This document shows, in pieces, positions 18,417 through 27,709 of a stretch of DNA of 40,217 bases (position 1 is its first letter; every line of letters begins with the position of its first letter). A program made the translations under genes and the position numbers. The stretch comes from an uncultured Candidatus Saccharibacteria bacterium (GTDB taxonomy: Bacteria; Patescibacteriota; Minisyncoccia; Phycocordibacterales; JAKFXT01). The DNA is taken from positions 1 to 40,217 of the forward strand of contig CAYGDB010000002.1 of NCBI GenBank assembly GCA_964348535.1. The letters run 5' to 3'. The notes under the pieces are model-generated. The model worked only from the letters and a program-made list of their open reading frames with translations, did no database searches and was not told the origin of the DNA.

Positions 18417-18444
18417 TTGACAACAAAGGCAATAAGAGTAAATT
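18417..18444 (+). promoter_or_regulatory. Sigma70-type promoter of the 341-aa orphan gene
   Basis: TTGACA-N16-TAAATT. The spacer contains AATAAGAG, the core of repeats R1/R2. Confidence 0.45.
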
Positions 18445-18505
18445 TTAAATTGGAAGTACCTGTCCTGTCATAGTGCGGGGCATAACCCAGAGAAAGGAGG
18501 CAGAA

Positions 18506-19531
18506 ATGTCCAAAGATAAAGAAGTAGAAGTAACATTGCAGGGGCTTTTAAACCGAGAAGTTCGGCCAATTCATAATTGGCATGAGTGGCTTCTATGTTG
18601 GGGAAAAGCGGAGAATTTCCAGTATATGGAGAGCTTGCTCCATGTTGGTTTCAATGTACCGGTTGGGGGAGAGAAAGAGTATGACAGCATTGACCGCTAC
18701 ATATTTTATTTCACCATTGCCGATGGTTGGAGTGGGAAGGGTTATATGGAAGAATCTTTGACCTACGAAAAAAAGCACATTGTAGGTTTCAATTTGAACC
18801 AGAATCCTATCCAAAAAACGGAAGGTAAACTTCGTCAGCAATTGGCGTTGAAAGCTTTCAATATACTCTGTCAGAATTTCTTCAAGGTGGGATCGGTACA
18901 AATGGTTCGTGGTGTTTACGAATTCAACAGGGTCTGGGAAGATGCAGTTGTCTCCGAGCGACTTTTCCCAGTCATCCAAAACTTCTTCAAAGTTGAGGGA
19001 ATATGTTTTGGTGAATACGCAAAAATCCGCAACCTCTCTGAGAGGTATGTTAAAAGGTCTCACAACGAAGAATTGGTCGTGGAGTTTCTCCTGAATCTTG
19101 CCAAATTTCTGTGGACATGGAAAGAGGGGAGTACGCGTTGGTATGGTGACAAGAAGGAGGAAGCAGACAAGCGTCTTGCTGAAACACGTGTCCGTATAGA
19201 AAGTGCGAAGCCTTGGATGGTTGAGGTGCTGGTCAGACTGGACAAGCTTGATGTCTTGCAAGACTGGATACTTGAACTTGATGAACTATGTCTTGATAAG
19301 CTTAAGGAAATTTCTCTTCGCAACGAACTAAGTTGGGAGCATCCAGGCAGGTATGGTCGTGTTGTCACAACAATCGATGAGGCGTGCTATGTCGGTTCAA
19401 AGACGGCGTGGTTTCTCAAAAAACACGAGTTGATGACAAGAGAGCACAAGCGACTGGTGGAAATCCACGAGGTGAGGATAGTTGCGGAGAGATCTGAGCC
19501 TGAGTTTAAGGAGTTAACCTCCAAGAAGTGA
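18506..19531 (+). CDS. Hypothetical protein (341 aa), Trp/Glu-rich, no recognisable motif
   Basis: Strong SD (AAAGGAGG) 6 nt before ATG 18506, and a terminator downstream. The GTG 18473 extension is considered less likely. Confidence 0.6.
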   Translation: MSKDKEVEVTLQGLLNREVRPIHNWHEWLLCWGKAENFQYMESLLHVGFNVPVGGEKEYDSIDRYIFYFTIADGWSGKGYMEESLTYEKKHIVGFNLNQNPIQKTEGKLRQQLALKAFNILCQNFFKVGSVQMVRGVYEFNRVWEDAVVSERLFPVIQNFFKVEGICFGEYAKIRNLSERYVKRSHNEELVVEFLLNLAKFLWTWKEGSTRWYGDKKEEADKRLAETRVRIESAKPWMVEVLVRLDKLDVLQDWILELDELCLDKLKEISLRNELSWEHPGRYGRVVTTIDEACYVGSKTAWFLKKHELMTREHKRLVEIHEVRIVAERSEPEFKELTSKK

Positions 19532-19539
19532 ATGGTTAT

Positions 19540-19577
19540 AACTGCGGGGTCTGAAAGGATTCCGCAGTTTTTATTTA
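19540..19577 (+). terminator. Rho-independent terminator
   Basis: AACTGCGG-(14 nt)-CCGCAGTT followed by TTTATTT. Confidence 0.7.
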
Positions 19578-19608
19578 CTAAAGGGCTTCCCTTGCAGTAA
19601 ATGGGTGG

Positions 19609-19614
19609 TATAGT
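19609..19614 (+). promoter_or_regulatory. Extended -10 (TGG-TATAGT) 6 nt upstream of ATG 19621; predicted leaderless start
   Basis: ggtggTATAGTtaccctATG. Confidence 0.45.
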
Positions 19615-19620
19615 TACCCT

Positions 19621-20034
19621 ATGAACGGTCAGGACGGAACAAATTATAATCCCCTCAGATCTGTTTCGCAGTCTAAATTTTCCCATTATTACGGGGACTA
19701 TCTAAGGCGGTTATTTCTTGTCGGGGCGGTGGCTTCCATAATCGCTTTGCCGTTTTACCCGGACTTGATTCCTTCTCTTGATGTTTTGTTTGTGATAATC
19801 GTGGCTCTTGTTACTGTAATATTTGCCGGTGTAACAAGCCCCGTTAGCCCGAGTGTTGTCTTGGTTGAAATTTTAATCAGTTCTTTATTTTTTATTGTTT
19901 TCCAATACTATACTGTCCTCAACTACGGAATCAGTTATCCATTCCTGTCATTTATCCGTCAGATTTTGTCATTAATTTTTTTGGTTTCTTTATACTATGG
20001 CGTAAAAACTTACAGGGGGATGCTGATGAAGTGA
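19621..20034 (+). CDS. Hypothetical integral membrane protein (137 aa, 3-4 TM)
   Basis: Hydrophobic helices throughout. No motif I recognise. Confidence 0.55.
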   Translation: MNGQDGTNYNPLRSVSQSKFSHYYGDYLRRLFLVGAVASIIALPFYPDLIPSLDVLFVIIVALVTVIFAGVTSPVSPSVVLVEILISSLFFIVFQYYTVLNYGISYPFLSFIRQILSLIFLVSLYYGVKTYRGMLMK

Positions 20035-20122
20035 TTCATATTCATAAATTTTGACTATCCAAAGTTTAGGTTTTGTCTCTGGTTTGAAATCCGGAGCTTT
20101 TTTGTTAGACTTAGATAAATTT

Positions 20123-20716
20123 ATGAAAAATATAACAAAGAAAAAAGTTTTGATTCTTTTGGGTTGTGAGGATAAGGAAACAACACCCGGTTTTTTGGCA
20201 GACGCTTACGAACGAGGAGCCATTTCAGCTGGACATGAGGTTAGGCGAGTGAATATTGGCGATTTAAAGTTTGATCCGATACTTCACTTCGGTTACAAAG
20301 TAATTCAGGAGCTTGAGCCGGATTTGAAAAAGTTTCAGGAAGATATTAAATGGTCTGAACATTTTGTGGTTATTTATCCGAATTGGTGGAGCACTATGCC
20401 CGCCATACTTAAAGGACTTTTTGACAGAGCCTGGCTTCCCGGTTTCGCCTTTCATTTTCATGAAGGCAAAACATATTTTTGGGATAGGTTTTTAACCGGT
20501 CGCTCGGCTCGGGTTATTATAACCATGAACGCCTCGCCTCTTTTAGAAAGATTTTCGGTGGGCGATTATTCAAACGAAATAAGAAACGGTATTTTAAAAT
20601 TCTCCGGATTTCATCCTGTTTCAGTTGAGTCTTTCGGTCCCGTTGAAAAGGCCACTTCGGAGCAAAGGGAGTCTTGTGCAAAAAAAGTTGAAGAGCTTGG
20701 GAGGAAAGCGATTTAA
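20123..20716 (+). CDS. Flavodoxin-fold NAD(P)H dehydrogenase (quinone)/FMN-dependent oxidoreductase (Flavodoxin_2 type)
   Basis: KKVLILLGC... and IYPNWWSTMPAILKGLFDRAWLPGFAF match the family's signature. ATG 20123 was chosen over the upstream TTG 20051. Confidence 0.75.
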   Translation: MKNITKKKVLILLGCEDKETTPGFLADAYERGAISAGHEVRRVNIGDLKFDPILHFGYKVIQELEPDLKKFQEDIKWSEHFVVIYPNWWSTMPAILKGLFDRAWLPGFAFHFHEGKTYFWDRFLTGRSARVIITMNASPLLERFSVGDYSNEIRNGILKFSGFHPVSVESFGPVEKATSEQRESCAKKVEELGRKAI

Positions 20717-20739
20717 AAACAATCGACTGGAAAAAAAGA

Positions 20740-23700
20740 TTAAACCTTTTCTGCTATTTTTTTCCAATACTGCGGGTCTGGTCGGCGATAGACGATTATC
20801 GGCACTAGTATCAAAGTCAGGACCATTGCAAATGAAAGTCCGAACATTATTGAAAATGCCAAAGGTCCCCATAAGGGTGAAGCGTTTGCAAGGGGTATCA
20901 TACCGATGACTGTTGTTATGGTGGTAAGAATTATCGGCCTCAAGCGGCTTGAGGCCGCATCCACCACTACTTCTTCCAAACTTCCACCCTTGTCACTTTT
21001 CATACGCACTATCACAGAGTCCATTAAGATGATGGCGTGGTTTATAATGATGCCAGCAAGAGCTATCACCCCTAGCATTGAAGGGAAAGAAAGAGGTTCC
21101 CCAGTAATAGCCAATCCCGTAAAAACTCCTATCAAAGAAAGCGGTATGAGCATCAGGAGGTAGAGCGCATAGCGGAATGAATTAAATTCCAGTACCAAAA
21201 TAGCAAGCATCAAAGTCATTCCGCCTATAAGAGCAAAAACCATTTCTTTGAATGATTTGTTTACGTCTTCAGTTTCCCCTCCGATAGAAAGTGTTACTCC
21301 TTCAGGCAGTTTGATATTTTTTATACTCTCTTCAAACTGGCTGACGATTTCGCCAGCTGTTTTCCCCTTGCTGGTGTAGCTTGAAATAGTGGCTATATTT
21401 TTCTGATTTTTGCGATTGATGACGGCGTTTGATTTTTCAAGGTTTGCCGATAAAAGCGAGCCTAAAAGTATTGAACCTCTAGGTGTTGATATCGGAATAT
21501 TTGTAATGGCGTCAATGGGGATAATGTTTGTTTCTGTAGGGTCCCGCCATTCAGGGTTTAGGTTCATTGAAACTATCACGTCTATATCCTCTTCATTTTT
21601 TCTGATGGTTGTCGCGGTCGCGCCTGACACAGCGCTTCTAATAATGCTTGCGATAAGAGTCGGAGAAAGTCCCGCTTCTGATATTTTTGCTCTGTCTATG
21701 GTAAGAGCGAACTCTGTCCCGTTGTCTTTAATTGAGGTTGTTACTTCCGTGGTTCCATCTATTTTTTTTAAAGCTTCTTCTCCCAAAGACACAGCTTTCT
21801 CAAGGTCATCAAGATTTTCTCCAGAAAAAGTCAGAATGATGGGCGCTCCTGAAGGCGGACCTCCTTGAGGTTCAAAAGCGCGAACTGTAAAAGAGCGAAA
21901 ATCTTGAAACTTTTTTCTGTATTCATTTAAAATATCCGTTGAAGTTTCTTTTCGTTCTTTTTTAGGAACCAGAGTGACTGTGACGTTTCCATATTTTGAG
22001 CCGCTTGAACCGCTTTGGCTGAACGTTGAACCAGATCCTACCGTCGTAACAAAAGATTCAATTCTTTTGTCTGAATATAAAATTTCCTCCACTGCCCGGG
22101 CGGCTATGTCCGTGTCGGCTAATGGTGAACCTTGCTTGTTCTCTATTTCAAAGTAGATGAATTCTGAATTTCCTTGAGGGAAAAATATCACTTTTGTAAG
22201 ACCTGTTATTGGCAGGAGAAGAGCCAGTAAAAAAGCGACGCCTATTCCAATCAAAAATCTTTTTTGGAAAATTTTGTCGCCCAGAATCCTCCTAAGCCAA
22301 GACCGATACCAAACATGGGCGTGATTGTTCCACTCCTCTTGCCACATTTCAAGTTTGTTCATTTCTTGCTTAGTGAAGATGATGGCAATAAGAGGGACAA
22401 ATCCGAGCGCCACAAAAATGGAAGCGAATAGGACAAATATGATGGTGAAAGGAATTGATGAGATGAACTTTCCTATAATTCCCGATATTAAAAATAGAGG
22501 AACGAAGACAGCGACAGTTGTCAGCGTTCCGGCTATTAAAGGCCAGGCGTATTCTCGTATTGCTTCTTTGGCGGCAAGAGTTGAGTCGCCGAATTTTTTG
22601 AAACGCGTGTGAATGGCTTCGGTTACAACAATTCCAGAATCAACCAGAATTCCGATTGCGAGAATGAGCGAGAAAAGCGAGATGAAATTTATGGTATTGC
22701 CGGAAGCGTATAGTCCTATAAAGGCTATGACAAAAGAAAGGGGAATTGAAAAAGCGGCAACCAGCGATTCACGCCATCCGATGGTGATAAAAAGTGAAAG
22801 CATCACTAAAATTATGGTTTCCAATCCGACTTGTGAAAGTTCTAACAGATCTTTTCGGACATCTTTACCCGCATCATGCGTAACAAGAATATTTATACCG
22901 GCAAGAAGTGTCGGTTTTATTTCTTCAAGTCTATTTTTGACCGCTGAAGTTGTAACTGTCACATCTCCGCCAGCTTTTTTATAAACATAAAGAGTTATTG
23001 CCGGTTCGGCGGGATTGCTTTCTACAGAAACACGGGATATTGCCTTTGACTTTTCAATTCCATTGACGATTTCCGCCACATCTCTAAGATATATTGGTTT
23101 GCCGTTTCTATTGCCAACTGTAAGAGATGATATGTCTTCAGGTTCGGTAAGACTCCCTTTGAAAGCTATGGCGTATTCAACATTTGAGACAGTGATTGAG
23201 CCTATCGGGAGGGAAGCATTTGAAGCGGAAATGGCGGAAACCACATCGGAAATATTTAAGCCGAGGGCTTCGAGCGATTCTCTTTCAACCACAACTGAAA
23301 CTTCTCTATCTTGCACCCCAGAGACATCAACTCTTGAAACTCCTTCAATAAGTTCCAGCTCATCTTTAATTTCACGCCCCATGCGCGCAAATTCTGCCGG
23401 AGGAAGACCTCCTGAAAGTGAAATGATTAGTATTGGTTGGTCGGAAAAGTTAACTCTGGAGACATTCGGTTCATCAGCGTCTTTTGGTAAAAGCGGTTTT
23501 GCTTTGTCCACTGCGTCTTTAACATCTTGAATTGATTTATCAATGTTTGCGCTTGCTTCAAATTGAGCTGTTATAACAGAAACTCCTTCTCTTGATGATG
23601 ATGTCAGTTTGTATATGTTATCAACCGTTGCCACTTCTTTTTCTATTCTTTTTGTAATGAGAGAAACAACATCGCTAGCTGAAGCGCCGCGAAGCGTGGT

Positions 23701-23847
23701 GGAAATAATGGCAACTGGTATTTCCACTTCGGGAGCTGACTCTTTCGGTATGGAAATAACAGAAAATACACCTCCTCCAACAAGAGCCACCATCAAAAGA
23801 TATGTAAACTGGCGATGTCCGATGAAAAAATTCCAAAGTCCGTGCAT
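20740..23847 (-). CDS. RND-family efflux transporter permease (AcrB/AcrD/AcrF-like, 1035 aa)
   Basis: 12-TM/two-large-loop architecture. N-terminal FIGHRQFTYLLMVALVGGG...IPKESAPEV and length are typical of HAE-type RND pumps. Confidence 0.9.
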   Translation of the reverse strand: MHGLWNFFIGHRQFTYLLMVALVGGGVFSVISIPKESAPEVEIPVAIISTTLRGASASDVVSLITKRIEKEVATVDNIYKLTSSSREGVSVITAQFEASANIDKSIQDVKDAVDKAKPLLPKDADEPNVSRVNFSDQPILIISLSGGLPPAEFARMGREIKDELELIEGVSRVDVSGVQDREVSVVVERESLEALGLNISDVVSAISASNASLPIGSITVSNVEYAIAFKGSLTEPEDISSLTVGNRNGKPIYLRDVAEIVNGIEKSKAISRVSVESNPAEPAITLYVYKKAGGDVTVTTSAVKNRLEEIKPTLLAGINILVTHDAGKDVRKDLLELSQVGLETIILVMLSLFITIGWRESLVAAFSIPLSFVIAFIGLYASGNTINFISLFSLILAIGILVDSGIVVTEAIHTRFKKFGDSTLAAKEAIREYAWPLIAGTLTTVAVFVPLFLISGIIGKFISSIPFTIIFVLFASIFVALGFVPLIAIIFTKQEMNKLEMWQEEWNNHAHVWYRSWLRRILGDKIFQKRFLIGIGVAFLLALLLPITGLTKVIFFPQGNSEFIYFEIENKQGSPLADTDIAARAVEEILYSDKRIESFVTTVGSGSTFSQSGSSGSKYGNVTVTLVPKKERKETSTDILNEYRKKFQDFRSFTVRAFEPQGGPPSGAPIILTFSGENLDDLEKAVSLGEEALKKIDGTTEVTTSIKDNGTEFALTIDRAKISEAGLSPTLIASIIRSAVSGATATTIRKNEEDIDVIVSMNLNPEWRDPTETNIIPIDAITNIPISTPRGSILLGSLLSANLEKSNAVINRKNQKNIATISSYTSKGKTAGEIVSQFEESIKNIKLPEGVTLSIGGETEDVNKSFKEMVFALIGGMTLMLAILVLEFNSFRYALYLLMLIPLSLIGVFTGLAITGEPLSFPSMLGVIALAGIIINHAIILMDSVIVRMKSDKGGSLEEVVVDAASSRLRPIILTTITTVIGMIPLANASPLWGPLAFSIMFGLSFAMVLTLILVPIIVYRRPDPQYWKKIAEKV

Positions 23848-23849
23848 GA

Positions 23850-25553
23850 TTATTTTATCCCGTTAGAGAATGCCTTACTGCCTAATGCGTATAACGTGCC
23901 TCCATTAAGGATATTGAGTTTAATATCATTGGTCGATTCTCTAACGGGTTTAATGATTACGAGGTCGCCTTCTTTGTGTCCGCGAGCGTCCATCACGATT
24001 TTCATTTCACCTGTAATTCCCGATTCTATTTGGACGGATGAACCGCGAAGATTTCCAAGAACGACAGGATTTGAAATAAGAGTGTTATTTTCTGAAACAG
24101 TAAAGACAACAGGTCCCTCGGTTGTAATTTTAAGAGCGGCAATGGGTATTGAGTAGCCATTTTTATTTGATACTGTCGTTTTTGTTGAGCGATTTATGGC
24201 AACTGTTGCTGATTGTCCGGATACTAGAGGGGCATTGGCAGATATTGCTATTTTGACTTCAGCTTTTTGGGTTGCGGGGTCTAAGGCGTTTGCCACTCTG
24301 ACGACAGTACCTTCGACTGTTCCTGCAATAATTGCTTTTGCTCCGAGTGAAATATCTCTTATGTCTCTGCCAGAAACAAAAGCTGAAACTTCAAGCCCTC
24401 GAGGGTTTGTAATATAAATGACAGGAAGTCCTGGTGAGACAAACGATCCGATTTCAAGGTCTAGTTTGTTTATGGTTCCGCTGATGGGAGCCCGAATAAT
24501 CGTCTGTTCAAGCTGGGCCACGGCGGCGGCAACCGCCGCCTCTGCCACTCTGACATCCGCAGTAACGCCACTTGTCCCGACGCTCAAGTTTTGTTCAGAG
24601 GAAGAAACAGCGCTTTTTCTTGCTTTAAGATTATCTATCGTTCCGGTAAGAGAAGAAGACAAAGCGTTTATATTGGAAAGAGCTATATTTGTGTCAGAGC
24701 GATAGGTGGTAATAATTGCTTCCGTAATAGGAGTATTCGGAATTGCGGTATTTAAGGCGGATACTACATCTTCTAAAAATATTCTAACTTTGTTTGTCTC
24801 TCCAGAAAGGGTAGAGAGTTCCGCGAGGATTGCCGAGTATTCTTCAGGCGTTTTTCCGGCTGATTTTTGTCGTGAAAGTATTCCTCCCATTTCAAGCCTT
24901 CCTTTCTCTGCGTTTATTTTAAATTGTAAGTTTGAGATGGTGGCGTTTAGAGTTGGTGTCAATGAAGAAGGGTTTGAAAACATACTGTCAGCTTTTCGGT
25001 TGACTGCGTCTCCGATTATGGCATAAGCGGAGCTAATGGCGGAGCGAGAGCTTGATTCGGCTGAAGCAAGGGAATCTTTGGTTGATGATAAATTAATCTC
25101 TGATGATTCCGTGCTGTTTCTCACTTTTTCTAAAGATGCTTTTGCTTGAGCGAGAGATGCGCGCTCGCGGTCATTTTTAATTTCGGCTATAACCGAACCG
25201 GCTTCCACGTAATCTCCGAGAGCGCCATATAATCTGGTGATGGCTCCGCTTGCGTTAGGGGCAACTTTCGCTTCGCTTATAGAGCGAACGGAACCCACTA
25301 AAGTCAAAGGCTCGGAACCTTCAATATCACTCACTCTAATAACAGAAACCTCGCGTCTGTCATCCGCAACTTTTTCTGGTTCGGAAGGGAAGAGATATGA
25401 AATGCCAATGCCGCCCGCCACAATGACTGTAATAATCCCTAGAGATATAATTTTGTTTTGGAGGGCGGCGGCGTATATTTCACTGATTCCTTTCCATAGG
25501 AAAGAAACCGCTCCGTGCAGAAATGTGTAGGCTCTTTGGAGGTGAGTATTCAT
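23850..25553 (-). CDS. Efflux RND periplasmic adaptor / membrane-fusion protein (HlyD family), unusually long (567 aa)
   Basis: N-terminal TM anchor, a lipoyl-like half-motif (VEAGSVIAEI), a very long Ala/Ser-rich coiled-coil hairpin, and a beta-barrel C-terminal part. Lies 2 nt upstream of the RND permease. Confidence 0.8.
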   Translation of the reverse strand: MNTHLQRAYTFLHGAVSFLWKGISEIYAAALQNKIISLGIITVIVAGGIGISYLFPSEPEKVADDRREVSVIRVSDIEGSEPLTLVGSVRSISEAKVAPNASGAITRLYGALGDYVEAGSVIAEIKNDRERASLAQAKASLEKVRNSTESSEINLSSTKDSLASAESSSRSAISSAYAIIGDAVNRKADSMFSNPSSLTPTLNATISNLQFKINAEKGRLEMGGILSRQKSAGKTPEEYSAILAELSTLSGETNKVRIFLEDVVSALNTAIPNTPITEAIITTYRSDTNIALSNINALSSSLTGTIDNLKARKSAVSSSEQNLSVGTSGVTADVRVAEAAVAAAVAQLEQTIIRAPISGTINKLDLEIGSFVSPGLPVIYITNPRGLEVSAFVSGRDIRDISLGAKAIIAGTVEGTVVRVANALDPATQKAEVKIAISANAPLVSGQSATVAINRSTKTTVSNKNGYSIPIAALKITTEGPVVFTVSENNTLISNPVVLGNLRGSSVQIESGITGEMKIVMDARGHKEGDLVIIKPVRESTNDIKLNILNGGTLYALGSKAFSNGIK

Positions 25554-25715
25554 TAGAAGTATTTAAAATAAAAAATAATTAAGATCATTATAGCACCTTT
25601 TTCTAAATCTAACAAGTAAGAAAAATTAGTTTTTGAAATGTAGTTAAAAGATCACTAGGGGGAACACATTTTATTAGGCGTGCTATATTTATTTTTCTAG
25701 TGTAATCTATTTTAA

Positions 25716-26810
25716 ATGGGACTTTCAATCGGAATCGTAGGATTGCCAAATGTCGGCAAATCAACTTTATTTAACGGGCTGACAAAAAAGTCGGTCGATG
25801 CCGCCAATTATCCGTTTTGCACCATTGATCCTTCAGTGGGCATTGTTGCTGTGCCTGATGAGAGGCTTTGGAAACTTTCTGAATTTTCAAAATCAAAGAA
25901 GACTGTTCCGGCGGTGATTGAATTTGTTGATATCGCCGGTTTGGTAAAGGGGGCGAGCGAGGGAGAGGGGCTTGGAAATAAGTTTCTTTCTCACATAAAA
26001 GAGACGGACGCCATACTTGAGGTTGTTCGTATTTTTGAGGGCGGAGATATTTTACACGTTGAGAATTCGGTAAACCCGAAGCGTGATATTGAAATTATAA
26101 ACTTGGAACTTATATTGGCCGACCTTCAGGCAGTGGGGAAACGCCTGGAATCAATAGGGAGGGATGTGAAGCGCGGAGATAAAGAAGCAGTGATTGAAAA
26201 TGGGGCGCTTACAAAAATAAAGAAAGCACTTGAAGACGGCATATTCTCACGAATATGTCCTATAGACGAAAAAGAAAAACCGATTGTGAAGGAACTTAAT
26301 CTTTTGACAATGAAGCCAATTATTTATGGACTCAATAAAAAAGCCGGAGGAAAAAATTTAGATGAGATGAATGACTCTAGATTTATGGAAACTGTTCAAT
26401 ATATAGAAGAACTCGGGAGCCATTATGTAATTATAGACGCCAAGATTCAGGAAGACTTGAAGGATTTTACGGACGAAGAAAGAAAAGAGTTTCAGGCGGA
26501 CTTGGGAGGAGAAGACGGCATCAACACTCTTATTAAAAAAAGTTACGATATTTTAGGGCTTCAGACTTTTTTTACGACGGGAGAAGACGAGACCAGAGCT
26601 TGGACCATCAAGAAAGGAACAAACGCCAAAGATTCCGGCGCCGCTATTCACGGTGATTTCCGCGAAAAATTTATTCGGGCTGAAGTTATTTATTGGGAGG
26701 AGCTTTTGAATGCCGGTTCATACTCTGCCGCCAGAGAAAAAGGTCTTGTTCGGACGGAAGGGAAAGAGTATATAGTCAAAGACGGGGATGTCATAGAGTT
26801 CAAGATTTGA
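25716..26810 (+). CDS. ychF: Redox-regulated / ribosome-binding ATPase YchF (OLA1)
   Basis: GIVGLPNVGKSTLFN P-loop, DIAGLVKGASEGEGLGNKFL, and the C-terminal TGS-like RTEGKEYIVKDGDVIEFK. Confidence 0.95.
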   Translation: MGLSIGIVGLPNVGKSTLFNGLTKKSVDAANYPFCTIDPSVGIVAVPDERLWKLSEFSKSKKTVPAVIEFVDIAGLVKGASEGEGLGNKFLSHIKETDAILEVVRIFEGGDILHVENSVNPKRDIEIINLELILADLQAVGKRLESIGRDVKRGDKEAVIENGALTKIKKALEDGIFSRICPIDEKEKPIVKELNLLTMKPIIYGLNKKAGGKNLDEMNDSRFMETVQYIEELGSHYVIIDAKIQEDLKDFTDEERKEFQADLGGEDGINTLIKKSYDILGLQTFFTTGEDETRAWTIKKGTNAKDSGAAIHGDFREKFIRAEVIYWEELLNAGSYSAAREKGLVRTEGKEYIVKDGDVIEFKI

Positions 26811-26870
26811 TCTTGAACTCGTAGATACTGAGCCTTGCGAATGTATAATTGAATTCAAGAATTAAACCAA

Positions 26871-26939
26871 TATCCTTCACAGAGTATTCCTCAGGATCCT
26901 CAATTTTGCGACCACACAGTAGTATAGGCAAAATTGGGA
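26871..26939 (+). repeat. 69-nt direct repeat, copy A (upstream of the phosphoribosyltransferase gene)
   Basis: TATCCTTCACAGAGTATTCCTCAGGATCCTCAATTTTGCGACCACACAGTAGTATAGGCAAAATTGGGA. 57/69 identical to copy B. Confidence 0.85.
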
Positions 26940-27043
26940 TTTGCTTCTTTTATTGTTTTTATATAATGTTTGAATAGATTTGATTCTTCGGGCTGGATAC
27001 GCCGCCTAAAGCGCGCAAAACTTGAACCTTGAAAGGAAACACC

Positions 27044-27706
27044 ATGTCCAGAAAGACAGACGGTTGGGTAAAGAAGTATCAAGAAAAAGACGCGCTTTGG
27101 ATTCACGATGGAAACGTGGAAAGACCTCACGCGCTTCTTACATCGGGAATGCATTCAAACGGTTTTTTCAACAGCAGGCTCGTGACTTCTGACGAGCCGC
27201 TTCTTCGTGAGGCGGCTTCAGACCTTGTTGAAATCTACAGACATGCGAAAGGTTTTACCAAAGGCCCCGGTTTAATTGTCGGGCCGCAAACTGGCGCGAC
27301 AAAACTCGCGGAGTTTATATCTGATGAGTACGAAAGGTATCGGCCATGTGGTTGGGTTTCTCCTGAAAAAGTTGGTGAAGGAAAAAACAGGGAGATGCTT
27401 TTCAGTCCCGAAGAATTTTCTGTTTTAGAAGGCGAAGATGTTTTACTTTGTGAGGACGTCATCACTACCGGCGGAAGTATTGACTTAACGGCAAAGGCCG
27501 TTACTAAAGCTAGAGCAACAATTTTGCCCTTCGTCCTTGCTTTGGTAAACCGGTCGGGGTTGAAAGAATTGAGCGGAAGAAAGATTCTTGCGCTCATTGA
27601 TCGCCCTATGCAAACATGGACGGAGGAAGAGTGTCCGCTTTGCAAACTTAAGTCAAAACCTTTTCGTCCCAAAGACAACTGGTATCTTCTGAATAAGGAG
27701 ATTTAA
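27044..27706 (+). CDS. Type-I phosphoribosyltransferase (orotate-PRTase-like), substrate unknown
   Basis: PRPP-binding loop VLLCEDVITTGGS. About 220 aa. Partial SD (AAAGGAAA) 7 nt before ATG 27044. Confidence 0.75.
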   Translation: MSRKTDGWVKKYQEKDALWIHDGNVERPHALLTSGMHSNGFFNSRLVTSDEPLLREAASDLVEIYRHAKGFTKGPGLIVGPQTGATKLAEFISDEYERYRPCGWVSPEKVGEGKNREMLFSPEEFSVLEGEDVLLCEDVITTGGSIDLTAKAVTKARATILPFVLALVNRSGLKELSGRKILALIDRPMQTWTEEECPLCKLKSKPFRPKDNWYLLNKEI

Positions 27707-27709
27707 AGA

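Noticed and set aside
18593-19261. A 222-aa ORF antisense to the 341-aa orphan gene.
   Set aside because: It has no SD or promoter and its sequence looks low-complexity. The sense ORF has a strong SD, a promoter and a terminator. I kept it only as an indicator of atypical composition.
20906-25530. Numerous 60-170-aa ORFs antisense to the RND permease and adaptor genes (for example 21410..21868, 22613..22984, 23015..23530, 24706..25026).
   Set aside because: All lie fully inside long CDSs with strong family signatures on the opposite strand. Their Ser/Thr/Ala-rich products are the typical mirror image of the sense codons.
26794-26814. Perfect 9-bp hairpin GTTCAAGAT-TTG-ATCTTGAAC spanning the ychF stop codon, considered as a terminator.
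   Set aside because: No U-run follows and it lies partly inside the CDS. It may affect mRNA stability, but the evidence is too weak to call a terminator.
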